The notes beneath the pieces were generated by a model. It saw only the letters and a list, made by a program, of their open reading frames with translations. It did no database searches and was not told where the DNA came from. DNA of 64,000 nucleotides from a virus (Duplodnaviria > Caudoviricetes): IMG/VR virus record IMGVR_UViG_3300032327_000792; one strand, given 5' to 3'. Shown here in pieces: positions 1 through 8,714 of this stretch. Every line of letters starts with the position of its first letter. The stretch's first letter is position 1. The position numbers and the translations under genes are program-made.

Positions 1-65
1 TTACCGATATAAAATGGATCTCCGGTAGGATCGTCAGCTTTGTAATGTGCATAAACGTAGAACAT
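1..65 (-). CDS. GIY-YIG endonuclease-like protein, 5' fragment (runs off the window edge)
   Basis: Manual translation from ATG at 65 gives MFYVYAHYKADDPTGDPFYIG(K), the YVY...FYIG GIY-YIG signature; a TAAATA motif lies at 87-92. Confidence 0.7.
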   Translation of the reverse strand, partial: MFYVYAHYKADDPTGDPFYIG

Positions 66-118
66 AAACACCTCTTAGTATGTGTTTATTTAGCTTATTG
101 ATGTAAAAATCAAATAAA

Positions 119-200
119 AATCCCCTGTTAATAACAACTTAGGTAGCGAATCTTAGTTGTTAAGGCTCGGGGAACAGCCATTCGGTCCTAAGGCCAAATT
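119..200 (-). ncRNA. Candidate structured intergenic RNA / terminator-containing element
   Basis: Long hairpin AACAACT(A)AG...CT(A)AGTTGTT is closed by CCCC/GGGG and followed by a T tract; an alternative pairing CTTAGG/CCTAAG plus CGAAT/ATTCG is possible. Family not identified. Confidence 0.35.
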
Positions 201-211
201 CTATAATTCTT

Positions 212-352
212 TTAGACTTCGCTGTAGGGATTTTGAGGCAGGTCGTATTCGGTTGGCTCTGGCACAACAGGATAGCGATCTTGCGATGCTGACTCTGGAT
301 CATTCCATACATTACGATTGTTTATGATTTGTTGACGTTGTTGATCAGTCAT
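212..352 (-). CDS. Small hypothetical protein (46 aa, MTDQQRQQIINNRNVWNDPES...NPYSEV)
   Basis: Manual translation; starts 2 nt after the stop of the 354..986 gene, giving an operon-like arrangement. Confidence 0.6.
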   Translation of the reverse strand: MTDQQRQQIINNRNVWNDPESASQDRYPVVPEPTEYDLPQNPYSEV

Positions 353-353
353 G

Positions 354-986
354 TTATTTTCCAGCCTTTGCTAGGGCTGCTCCTTTGTTGAAACTGGGCG
401 ACCATGGACTCATTCCATCTACTCCGCCACGTGCTCTTGACCAGTTGTATCCGGCTCTGTGTCCAGAACAATCCTTGGTACATTCACTGCCCAAAAAACT
501 CAACTCGTCCAACTGATCCTTGAGAAAGGTATCAGCAAATGCCTTGCATAACTCTCGAATCTTGGTGTTGCGTGTATATTGTGTGTGAAACTGTTTGCCT
601 TCAAATGTCTGAGCAGGATCTTTATAACCGCAATAAACTTTGTGTATACCGTGCTGTTCAATCAGATCCTGACAACTTTTGCCTTCACGTTCGGCCATGA
701 ACTCGTTGCAAGGACTCAGTGTGGTTATCACAATACTGCCCTCTGGTACGGGTCCAAACCTGGCAGTGTAGTTGTCAATTGCTGCACGTTCGGCATGTGT
801 TCGACGACCGTCTTGCGCAGGACGATTGATACCCACTACACAGTTGTTGTTGGGATCCAACACTGCAGCGCCAACCATGCCCAAGTTTTGATTTCCGTAC
901 TGTCCTTGAATCACCAGTTCACACAGTTTTGTCAAGATTGAATCTAACTTATCATGATTGTGAATTTGGAAGTCGGAGATCCTCAT
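354..986 (-). CDS. Zn-dependent cytidine/adenosine deaminase-family protein with C-terminal CTKDCSGH module
   Basis: HAE (THAERAAI) and PCxx...C (SPCNE...CQDLI) deaminase motifs. Confidence 0.8.
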   Translation of the reverse strand: MRISDFQIHNHDKLDSILTKLCELVIQGQYGNQNLGMVGAAVLDPNNNCVVGINRPAQDGRRTHAERAAIDNYTARFGPVPEGSIVITTLSPCNEFMAEREGKSCQDLIEQHGIHKVYCGYKDPAQTFEGKQFHTQYTRNTKIRELCKAFADTFLKDQLDELSFLGSECTKDCSGHRAGYNWSRARGGVDGMSPWSPSFNKGAALAKAGK

Positions 987-1345
987 TTTTGTTCACGTAC
1001 CTTGGTAGCAACATTCTTTGCCTTGCCCCTACGTTCAGGATTGGGATCTTGTCTACGTTTCTTGGCAGCACTGGCGGCACGACCTTTTTTGCCCAGAGCC
1101 TGTGCTTTTGATTGTGGCAAACATTTGGGTTTGCCTTCTTTGCTGGATCCTCTGGCACAGTCGCCACGAATCTTGCCATCAGGGCCAAAGCGTACCCACT
1201 TTTCTTTGAACCACTTGCGCAGATCTTCTTCTAGTTCCTCGTTGGTATTTTTCACACAGTTAGGATATCGTTTTCCAAACATGGTCTTCATACCCTCTTT
1301 GTGATAACCTTTCCAGCAGGCCTCAAGGATCTCGCGATATCTCAT
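983..1345 (-). CDS. Basic phage protein (CWKGY...PNCV module plus DLRKWFKEKW module; DUF5872-like)
   Basis: ORF with ATGA overlaps on both sides; conserved-looking basic modules; MRYREILE leader. Confidence 0.65.
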   Translation of the reverse strand: MRYREILEACWKGYHKEGMKTMFGKRYPNCVKNTNEELEEDLRKWFKEKWVRFGPDGKIRGDCARGSSKEGKPKCLPQSKAQALGKKGRAASAAKKRRQDPNPERRGKAKNVATKVREQK

Positions 1346-2943
1346 TTTTTTGCTTTGTTGCCCCAGTTGGCAGCACCTTTTTTACGACACTGAACCAAGG
1401 CACCTGATGCATAGGCTGACGGCCAAACTTTGTAGCGACTTTTTACTTTGTGATAGCAGGCATCTTGTTCTTCGCGTAATTTATCATCTAGATCCTGATA
1501 CCCATATCCACGTCCGGGAATTTTTATAGGGCTTGAACTTGCAACACTGGCTTTGTCGTTGTCACCATAGAGATCATCTTCAAGATTTTCAATACGGTTG
1601 CTGACTGTGCGTTGAAAACTTCTCAAATTAGGAACGCCTTTGAATTGAAAGCGATCCAGCTCTTGGTTGCGTTTGCTGATGGTCGCAGTTCTGGTAGTAG
1701 GATTGTATTCAACCACAAAACTCTGCATCACCATTTTGGCTGGAATTTCTTGTGTTTCTTTTACAGGAGCCTTTGTAGAACCATATTGTGATTTCATCAA
1801 CTCTTCACTTAATTCATCTTCAAATGGCAAATACCAGAACCAGTTTTGAAAACCGCCTGGATTGGTATCATAGTCCATGTGAGCACGATTTCTGGCGCCG
1901 GTCATCATGCGTTTGAGTTCTAATTCAGCACCATGCTCGATAGCAATGGCTTCCAAGGCATCATACAGTTGACCAGCAAGATAACTGTCACGATTGCGTT
2001 CAATTTTAGGTGCCAGTTCTTGATATTTTTCAGCCAACTCAGTGTATAGATCTTTGACAGCACCTTCTGCTACTGGTCGATTCAATAATTTTTCCAAACG
2101 ACTGATAGCACCTGGTACGTCTGTGCGACCTTGTTTGGCCGACTCTCGACGGCGAGCTTCAATTTCATTGTGTTTCTTTTCACGCTGTGCTGATGCTTTG
2201 TTCCAACGTTCTCGAGCTGTGTCTTGCTCATACATGCCCAAGCGTTGCAGACGACCTTGGTTGTCTAACGTGTAGCCCACATCAAACAACTGTTTAATTT
2301 TTTTCTGAGCCAATTTTTCATTGCCGGCGCGGCGAGCATCTTCGATTTCACCAGCAATAATTCTGGCATTACGGTCATTTTGATTTTCTTCGTGAAACAA
2401 GTGTGTGTCTGGTGTTATAGAGAGTCGTTCTTTTTGTTGAGTCCACGCTCGATTCTTCTTGGCCCATTCTGTTCGTGTCATACCATAGGCATCTTGAAAC
2501 TGTTTGTCTGTCATGGCATTGCGGCCGCGGCTGCGTAAAAAGTCTTGATATTCAATATCAATGTCCTTCATGCGACCTTCTTTGATTCTGATATCTTCAA
2601 AAGGAACATCGTCCATGTTATCTTTGCTGAACATGTCTAATTGATAGCCCACTGGTCCCTTATGAGTTCCATATGCACGGTTCATGTTCTTCTGTGTTTG
2701 AGCAGCACGACGTTGAACCTGTGTGTAAGGTGTGTGAGGCTTGCTGACTATTTGATAACCACTGCGTTTTAATTCTGAATAAGCACGGTCAAACCCTGTG
2801 CCACTGGTATTCCACTGTGGTAGATAATAACCACGATTGTCTTTTTTCAATCTATAGTGTTGCACTGTTTGCGGATCGGCACCAACCACATAGTGTTTGG
2901 TCAACAACACAAACTGGTCTTCAAATAAATCATTCAGTATCAT
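1342..2943 (-). CDS. Multi-module hypothetical protein (putative head internal protein), C-terminal ACYHKVKSRYKVWPSAYASGALV module
   Basis: 533-aa ORF, MILNDLFE leader, Glu-delimited modules. Confidence 0.65.
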   Translation of the reverse strand: MILNDLFEDQFVLLTKHYVVGADPQTVQHYRLKKDNRGYYLPQWNTSGTGFDRAYSELKRSGYQIVSKPHTPYTQVQRRAAQTQKNMNRAYGTHKGPVGYQLDMFSKDNMDDVPFEDIRIKEGRMKDIDIEYQDFLRSRGRNAMTDKQFQDAYGMTRTEWAKKNRAWTQQKERLSITPDTHLFHEENQNDRNARIIAGEIEDARRAGNEKLAQKKIKQLFDVGYTLDNQGRLQRLGMYEQDTARERWNKASAQREKKHNEIEARRRESAKQGRTDVPGAISRLEKLLNRPVAEGAVKDLYTELAEKYQELAPKIERNRDSYLAGQLYDALEAIAIEHGAELELKRMMTGARNRAHMDYDTNPGGFQNWFWYLPFEDELSEELMKSQYGSTKAPVKETQEIPAKMVMQSFVVEYNPTTRTATISKRNQELDRFQFKGVPNLRSFQRTVSNRIENLEDDLYGDNDKASVASSSPIKIPGRGYGYQDLDDKLREEQDACYHKVKSRYKVWPSAYASGALVQCRKKGAANWGNKAKK

Positions 2944-5852
2944 TCTATGAATCCTTGCATACGTGCTGCTTTTTCTAGTTGCGTCATACGATCTCTAATG
3001 AGTTGTCGATCAGCATAACTATAACCTGGTGTGTCTAATTGTTTTGCCAAATGCTCACGTTTGTCATAGTAATCATTTTTGTCACGTAACTTGTTGTTTC
3101 CGCCACGGTTAAATGTGTCAGCCTCGGGTAAACGTTCGCCTGTTCTAGCACTACGAGCTGTGCTGGATCCGGGTTCGTGTGGCTCTGGTTCTGAACCTGT
3201 CTCAGAATCTGTGCCAAATCCATAATCAAATTTCTTCACAGTCTTGCCTTTGTTGGCATAGTGCTTGCGAACCAGCGCCGGATCAGTTTCATCGCTGGGC
3301 ACACGTAGTCTTGTGGTTGTACCATCTGTAAAATGCACAGTCCAAGTTTCTGGGCCGCTTTCTTTTAGTTCTAATTCTTTCTTAGAGTACATTTGTCTAG
3401 CTAGATCAACTGCCGCGGCATTGTGAAATTTTTCAACATCAATGCCAAACTCATCAGCATACTTTTGAGCAAGTGCATCACGTATTTTAGCAAACTTTGG
3501 AAAACTATATTTTAATGCTTTCATTGGAGCACCATTTGGATCTCTTAAATCTTGTACATATTGATTTAAAACATTTTCTTCATCGGCGTTCAGTTCTTTT
3601 GCTTTTATTTCGTGTACATCTTTCCGGGGTGACCATAGGGCTTTACGCATGCCCAGGTACTGTTGCAATGCGCCTAACTGCCGTTGATACTTGGCCATCA
3701 TGTCATCATAGGCAGTGTCAATGTCGGCTGTGGTAAAATAATCTTCCAAGTCGGCTGCCAATCCACGTGGTAACATACGTCCACCACGTGTGGCACGAGC
3801 TTGTAGTCGTTCTATGTCTTGTTTGATACTGGCCAAGTTATCAATACGTTGTTTTTTGCTTTGTAAATCACTCAGGCGGGTTGGAATGGGTTGTGGTTCT
3901 ACAGAAACAACTTCTGTTGATGCTGTGGGTTGGGTCTGTTGATTTTTCCAACGATGCAACTCTTTTGCAGCCTTGTCCGGTAATGCTTCAGCCACTCGCC
4001 GCATTGGCAGTGCTACATCTCTGTCGTCAATGTCCTCAGGATACTTGTCTTCTTCTTCACTGTTGATAATTCGGTTGATCAATGTGGAGTGATATTTTGG
4101 ATTGCCAGCTTTGTTGGTTCCTGTGCCAATAATTCGACCACCGCGGCTCACAGTGACACGACCTGTGTCGGGACTGTAGTCCACTGTGTAACCTTGAATC
4201 ACACTTTTGACAGGAATATTTTCAAGCAACGACTGATCAGGTGTGGAAAGAGGTTCAACATACGCACCTTTTTGTATGATGTATTCATAGATGAATTGAC
4301 TCAAGAAAGTTGGATCACTGAACAGGTTGAATACTAAATTTCTTTTACTTTCTCCTTCTGGCAAAGTGTTGAGAATACTATACAATTCTTTAATGTGTTT
4401 TTTCTTGATAAACAATGGACGCATACCGCCAATGCCGTCGATCTCTACGGTGTTCAATCCTTTCATATAGGCATCAACAAATCTCAGTAGATTGGCTTTG
4501 GCCAATGTGCTTTTTGGATCAACTGCACGTGGCACGGCATTTTCTTCCAGCCCAGAGGCCATTTGGCCCAATGTATCGTTGGCAGCATTGTCGGCAGCAG
4601 TTGCGGTTGTTTGTCTGGTTTTCTTTGTGTCAGTGCCTGCGGTTGCTTTATTTGTCTGAACCAGACTCAAAGGAACAGGTCGTTGAACTTTTCGAGCTTT
4701 TTCTCCACTGGCCGGTTCAGGTATTTCTGCAGCAGATTGTTCTGCATCAGGAGTTTCTGCAGGAGCCCGACCGGCGGCCTGAGCAATTGCTGACATAGCA
4801 GCACGTCCAGCTTGAGCAGACTGTTTTTCTTTGCGAGTTTGCAACTGCTTCATTACACTGGATGATTTTTCAAGTTTTTTAACTTGTGCTTGTAATTCTT
4901 CAATTGACTTGTTGAGTTCTTTGACCTGCGCTGGATCAACCTTTTCGCCTTGATTCAGAAGAGCGTCCCACATAGATTTTTGACTCTTGAGTGTGTCAAT
5001 TTCTTTCTTGAGGCCAGCCACTTGTGCTCTTGCACCAACATCCAACGGAGTAAAATCTGGAGCACTGGTCTGCGGCGTACTGGGTTCAACATACAATGGA
5101 ATTTTGTCTGTGGCCACACTCACACCCGGTTGTGCCGGCGTTGGTTCTGTACGACGTTGACTCATTGAAGTCAGACGTTGGGCTAACACAGCATTGGCCT
5201 GACGCAACTGTTGAACAGTCTGTTGCAAGCTACGTTCTTCACCTTCTAGGTTGTCAATTTCTGTGTCTTGTTGTTGATTGATTGCAGTGATCTGTTTCAA
5301 CAACTCATCCTGTTGACGGTTGACTCCTTTGAGATCAGAAATATTTTTTTCAGTTTTTTCTTGATTTGCAAACTCGTCTTTGACCAAAGCTTCAATGTCA
5401 CTGTTGGCCGATGGATATTTTGCACGAATTTTTTGTAGTTCTCTTGCTACCTGTGCATCTGAAGCAGTTTTTCCACTGAGTTCTTTGTTTTTCTTCTCAA
5501 ACAATTTCATTTGTGCTATGTGATTCAACATTTTTATTGTTTGATTATAGCTGGTCAATACCCGATACATAAAATTAAATTTGCCCATGTCTGGCAAGCT
5601 GTCGTAGTAGGCAATGATGTCAGGGAAATATTTTGGATCAATGCTGTATGTGCGATCATCTAAAAATGTCAGCTGGGCTGGTTTGCCTTTGGGTTCATAA
5701 TTGATAGCATTGATCAATGCTCCCATGTTGGCATTGCCCAATGCACGATGTTGGCTTCCTGCTTTTTCTGGATTGACCGGCATATAGCTAGATTTTGGTC
5801 TTGGATCTCCTTCGGGAGTGCCGGGAGTTTCAAATAGGTCAAATACAATCAT
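2940..5852 (-). CDS. Large multi-module hypothetical protein with coiled coils (putative head internal polyprotein)
   Basis: 970-aa ORF, MIVFDLFE leader, Gln/Glu-rich coiled-coil segments. Confidence 0.65.
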   Translation of the reverse strand: MIVFDLFETPGTPEGDPRPKSSYMPVNPEKAGSQHRALGNANMGALINAINYEPKGKPAQLTFLDDRTYSIDPKYFPDIIAYYDSLPDMGKFNFMYRVLTSYNQTIKMLNHIAQMKLFEKKNKELSGKTASDAQVARELQKIRAKYPSANSDIEALVKDEFANQEKTEKNISDLKGVNRQQDELLKQITAINQQQDTEIDNLEGEERSLQQTVQQLRQANAVLAQRLTSMSQRRTEPTPAQPGVSVATDKIPLYVEPSTPQTSAPDFTPLDVGARAQVAGLKKEIDTLKSQKSMWDALLNQGEKVDPAQVKELNKSIEELQAQVKKLEKSSSVMKQLQTRKEKQSAQAGRAAMSAIAQAAGRAPAETPDAEQSAAEIPEPASGEKARKVQRPVPLSLVQTNKATAGTDTKKTRQTTATAADNAANDTLGQMASGLEENAVPRAVDPKSTLAKANLLRFVDAYMKGLNTVEIDGIGGMRPLFIKKKHIKELYSILNTLPEGESKRNLVFNLFSDPTFLSQFIYEYIIQKGAYVEPLSTPDQSLLENIPVKSVIQGYTVDYSPDTGRVTVSRGGRIIGTGTNKAGNPKYHSTLINRIINSEEEDKYPEDIDDRDVALPMRRVAEALPDKAAKELHRWKNQQTQPTASTEVVSVEPQPIPTRLSDLQSKKQRIDNLASIKQDIERLQARATRGGRMLPRGLAADLEDYFTTADIDTAYDDMMAKYQRQLGALQQYLGMRKALWSPRKDVHEIKAKELNADEENVLNQYVQDLRDPNGAPMKALKYSFPKFAKIRDALAQKYADEFGIDVEKFHNAAAVDLARQMYSKKELELKESGPETWTVHFTDGTTTRLRVPSDETDPALVRKHYANKGKTVKKFDYGFGTDSETGSEPEPHEPGSSTARSARTGERLPEADTFNRGGNNKLRDKNDYYDKREHLAKQLDTPGYSYADRQLIRDRMTQLEKAARMQGFIE

Positions 5853-5854
5853 AA

Positions 5855-6565
5855 TTACGCTTCTTCAATATAGTCTTGTGACTGGTTGTTCTTTTTTTGT
5901 CTTGCACGGAACATCTCAATGGCCATGGCAGCTTCGTCAATGTTTTTGAATCTGGACTTCATGGTGCGATTGCCGTGACGTATTTCAAATCCTGTGCGTT
6001 CATTGCCGTGTATTTCAAACATAGCGCCATTTTCCAACATCATGGATTTGACACAGGCTGATTCAGCATAGGTAGGATTTTGCATTAGGGGCGTTGGGTC
6101 CTGAATCACCGGATCTTCTTCTGTGGGGTCTTCTGCAATTTCTTTTGCCTTGGCCACAAGATCCCGGTTGTTTTTGTCTTTTTTGCCAATGCCTCGATCC
6201 ACTGGCTTTTGACCTAGGTCACGATCTATTTTCTTTTCCAATGTCTCTTCAACACTTTCTAAATAATCTATCAAACTCTTTTTGACTTTGTCTAGAAGTT
6301 TTTCTTCTTCGACTTGAGCTTCTTCAACAACTTCTTTGTCCGCCTCTTCATCATGTTCAACACTGTCGCCTACCATGTAGCCGCTCATGGGGTTCTTGGC
6401 GTTGGGATTGCCGCCCAGTATCTTCTGTGTTTTTGGTTTGAACAGTGCCGGCAACTGCTTGACACTTTTTTGGTCCGCATTCAATCCGTGCGTGACATCC
6501 ACAGGAGTGATACGTCCTTCCAACTTGGCCAAACGTTCAATGATATCGCGAATGTCATTGCTCAT
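5855..6565 (-). CDS. Hypothetical protein (acidic/basic, putative virion-associated)
   Basis: 236-aa ORF tightly packed in the operon. Confidence 0.6.
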   Translation of the reverse strand: MSNDIRDIIERLAKLEGRITPVDVTHGLNADQKSVKQLPALFKPKTQKILGGNPNAKNPMSGYMVGDSVEHDEEADKEVVEEAQVEEEKLLDKVKKSLIDYLESVEETLEKKIDRDLGQKPVDRGIGKKDKNNRDLVAKAKEIAEDPTEEDPVIQDPTPLMQNPTYAESACVKSMMLENGAMFEIHGNERTGFEIRHGNRTMKSRFKNIDEAAMAIEMFRARQKKNNQSQDYIEEA

Positions 6566-6566
6566 A

Positions 6567-7007
6567 TTATGCTCTTGCGTCCTTTAGATAGCTGCTGAGT
6601 TGCCAATAATATTTGCCGTGTGCAGACTGACGTTCGGCCATGAAGTTGGCGATGTCCTCACGTTTTTCGGACTGTGCAACAGCAAACACTTGCATGACCA
6701 AATCTTTCATGGTCTGTGTGTCTGCCAACAATTCTTCCAACATAAGTCTGGCACGTGGAACTTTGGTCTGTGGTGGTATGATTGATAGTTCTTGAAAACG
6801 CTCAAAACTTCCAGGAGCATATTCTTCCAAGGTACGGATATATTCAGCTATGGCATCTGTTGCACCGTAGGCATCTTGATAGATTTCAGCAAAGAATTCG
6901 TGCAACTGTCCAAAATCTGGCCCTTCCACGTTCCAATGAAACATGTGTGCCTTTAAATAATAAGCAAAATTGCTGGCCAATAACTGTTTTAATAAATCAC
7001 TTAGCAT
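6567..7007 (-). CDS. dps: Dps / ferritin-like DNA starvation protein
   Basis: YYLKAHMFHWNVEGPDFGQLHEFF and DAIAEYIR ferroxidase motifs; the likely start is MLSDLL at 7007. Confidence 0.9.
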   Translation of the reverse strand: MLSDLLKQLLASNFAYYLKAHMFHWNVEGPDFGQLHEFFAEIYQDAYGATDAIAEYIRTLEEYAPGSFERFQELSIIPPQTKVPRARLMLEELLADTQTMKDLVMQVFAVAQSEKREDIANFMAERQSAHGKYYWQLSSYLKDARA

Positions 7008-7200
7008 TCTTTTTTCCCTGTTTCTTTTTGTATTCTTTAGGCGTGTTTGGTGTTGGATCTGAGCCTGTTGAGTATTTACCTGTAAAGAAGTTTCCACCAT
7101 TTCTTGTGATCATGCCGCCCATGGGTGCAGCCACTGTGGCTATGGCACCGGATCCAGTGGATCCCGCCGAAGCATTTTCCATTATTTCACGAATTTTCAT
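6997..7200 (-). CDS. Small hypothetical protein (ENASAGSTGSGAIA motif)
   Basis: 67-aa ORF, MKIREIME leader, basic tail. Confidence 0.65.
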   Translation of the reverse strand: MKIREIMENASAGSTGSGAIATVAAPMGGMITRNGGNFFTGKYSTGSDPTPNTPKEYKKKQGKKNAK

Positions 7201-7483
7201 TGTAGATCCTCAGTAAATTTTCGCCTTTGATATTGGCATCGCCCAACTCTACACGCATGTTCGCCACTGTAAGTTGTGCTAAATGTGGGGGCACAAGTTC
7301 GTGACGGATTTGGTATTGGCCAGGTTCGGCATTGATCTGGATCAGTTCTTCAAGATATTCATTGTTCCAAATCCAAGTGCGTTCTGTGAACAACTCGTCA
7401 TTGACATACACACGATAAACCGGGGGCAATCCCTCCCAATCGCAATGCACATCACACAGCACTCGCACGAATTTCTTGTCCAT
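7187..7483 (-). CDS. Hypothetical protein
   Basis: 98-aa ORF directly after a TAAATA motif (7488-7493). Confidence 0.65.
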   Translation of the reverse strand: MDKKFVRVLCDVHCDWEGLPPVYRVYVNDELFTERTWIWNNEYLEELIQINAEPGQYQIRHELVPPHLAQLTVANMRVELGDANIKGENLLRIYNENS

Positions 7484-7514
7484 GCTGTATTTAGCGGTTT
7501 TGAATTTTAAGAGT

Positions 7515-8480
7515 TTAAAGACTAAATGGATCTATGATCACAATTTGGCCGTCTTTTCTACGACCCAAGTTTTCAATTGAACGCAAATCCAACGGTGCTA
7601 GTCCGCCAACGGCATCTTCGAGATCCTGTGTGGCCATGACCAATCCGTCTACTTGTTCTTCTGACAATCCCAGCGGTCTTTTTTTGTTTTGGTAGAATGC
7701 TGCCAGGGCTTGTTCACCACGAGGTAGGGCACTCATTAGATCTTCAATGTATTCCAGTACCTGGTCTTCGCCTGACACAGGGCCAAGATATTCCATTTCG
7801 TACACAAAGTAGGTTTCGCCATCCACCTCAAAATCACCAGCGTTGTAAATTCTTGGATAGTGTGGATTGCGTTGATTACGCAGAAAAAAGCCCACATAAG
7901 TTTTTACTATGTCTTCACGTTCGTCTTCGCCAATGCCCACAACTTTGAGCACTGTGCCACGTGGGCTTAGAAATGCTATTTGATCACGGCCTTCACCAAG
8001 ATAACCATAGCCACGATCAACAAAGTAATCTTGTATGCGCTGACTAACTGACAATTCATCTTCGTCGTTGATTTCGTTGATTGGTTGCCAAGTCATTGCT
8101 TTGGCACCTTTGGTGATAGGGTTGAATCCGTGGCGCTGGTATAGTTTGGTCAATGATTTTTGACTTATTTTTCCTTTGGCCCAAGGGTACAATGTTAATG
8201 TAATGCCCGCCGACTGTGCTTGACGTTGCAGTTCTTTGATGGCACGACTGCCTATGCCCTTGCGTTGCTCAGGACCGGCCATTAGCCAATCTATTTCCAC
8301 TGTGTTAGAATCAATGCCGGGTTTGAGTTTGAATGCAGCAAACTGTTGATCTTGACCTGTGCCCCAAACCATGACTCGATCAGCTTGACCATAGGGCCAT
8401 TCTGGGTACTGACTGTAGACCTGATCTATCCAGGCCTGTGCTGTACCTGTGTTTTCAACTAAGAATTCACAAGCTCGCAT
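7515..8480 (-). CDS. GNAT-like acetyltransferase fused to a kinase-like (APH/PKL-type) domain
   Basis: N-half has IDWLMAGPEQRKGIGSRAI (GNAT motif A). C-half has YLGEGRD...VLKV, YEMEYL, DLRSIENLG and IVIIDP, resembling protein-kinase-like subdomains. Confidence 0.6.
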   Translation of the reverse strand: MRACEFLVENTGTAQAWIDQVYSQYPEWPYGQADRVMVWGTGQDQQFAAFKLKPGIDSNTVEIDWLMAGPEQRKGIGSRAIKELQRQAQSAGITLTLYPWAKGKISQKSLTKLYQRHGFNPITKGAKAMTWQPINEINDEDELSVSQRIQDYFVDRGYGYLGEGRDQIAFLSPRGTVLKVVGIGEDEREDIVKTYVGFFLRNQRNPHYPRIYNAGDFEVDGETYFVYEMEYLGPVSGEDQVLEYIEDLMSALPRGEQALAAFYQNKKRPLGLSEEQVDGLVMATQDLEDAVGGLAPLDLRSIENLGRRKDGQIVIIDPFSL

Positions 8481-8708
8481 TTATTCAAAGTCCACTGACT
8501 CTTGTACTAACTGTTTTGTTTTTAATTCTTTTACTGATCCCACATGGTGGTCTTGTATTTGATACTGTTGTTTGAGTATGGTTCTTGCAATTTGTGCGTT
8601 GGGTGCCCAGACCTGTGCGTCAACATAGCCCACATAGTTGGGTTGATTGACACGAACTTTGGCTGTCCAAAGTCGGGCGGATTCTGTTACGAACTCACGT
8701 AATCTCAT
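8481..8708 (-). CDS. Small hypothetical protein
   Basis: 75-aa ORF, MRLREFVTE leader. Confidence 0.65.
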   Translation of the reverse strand: MRLREFVTESARLWTAKVRVNQPNYVGYVDAQVWAPNAQIARTILKQQYQIQDHHVGSVKELKTKQLVQESVDFE

Positions 8709-8714
8709 AATATA

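Noticed and set aside
7008-7100. N-terminal extension of the Dps ORF
   Set aside because: It overlaps the 6997..7200 gene; the Dps fold begins at MLSDLL (7007).
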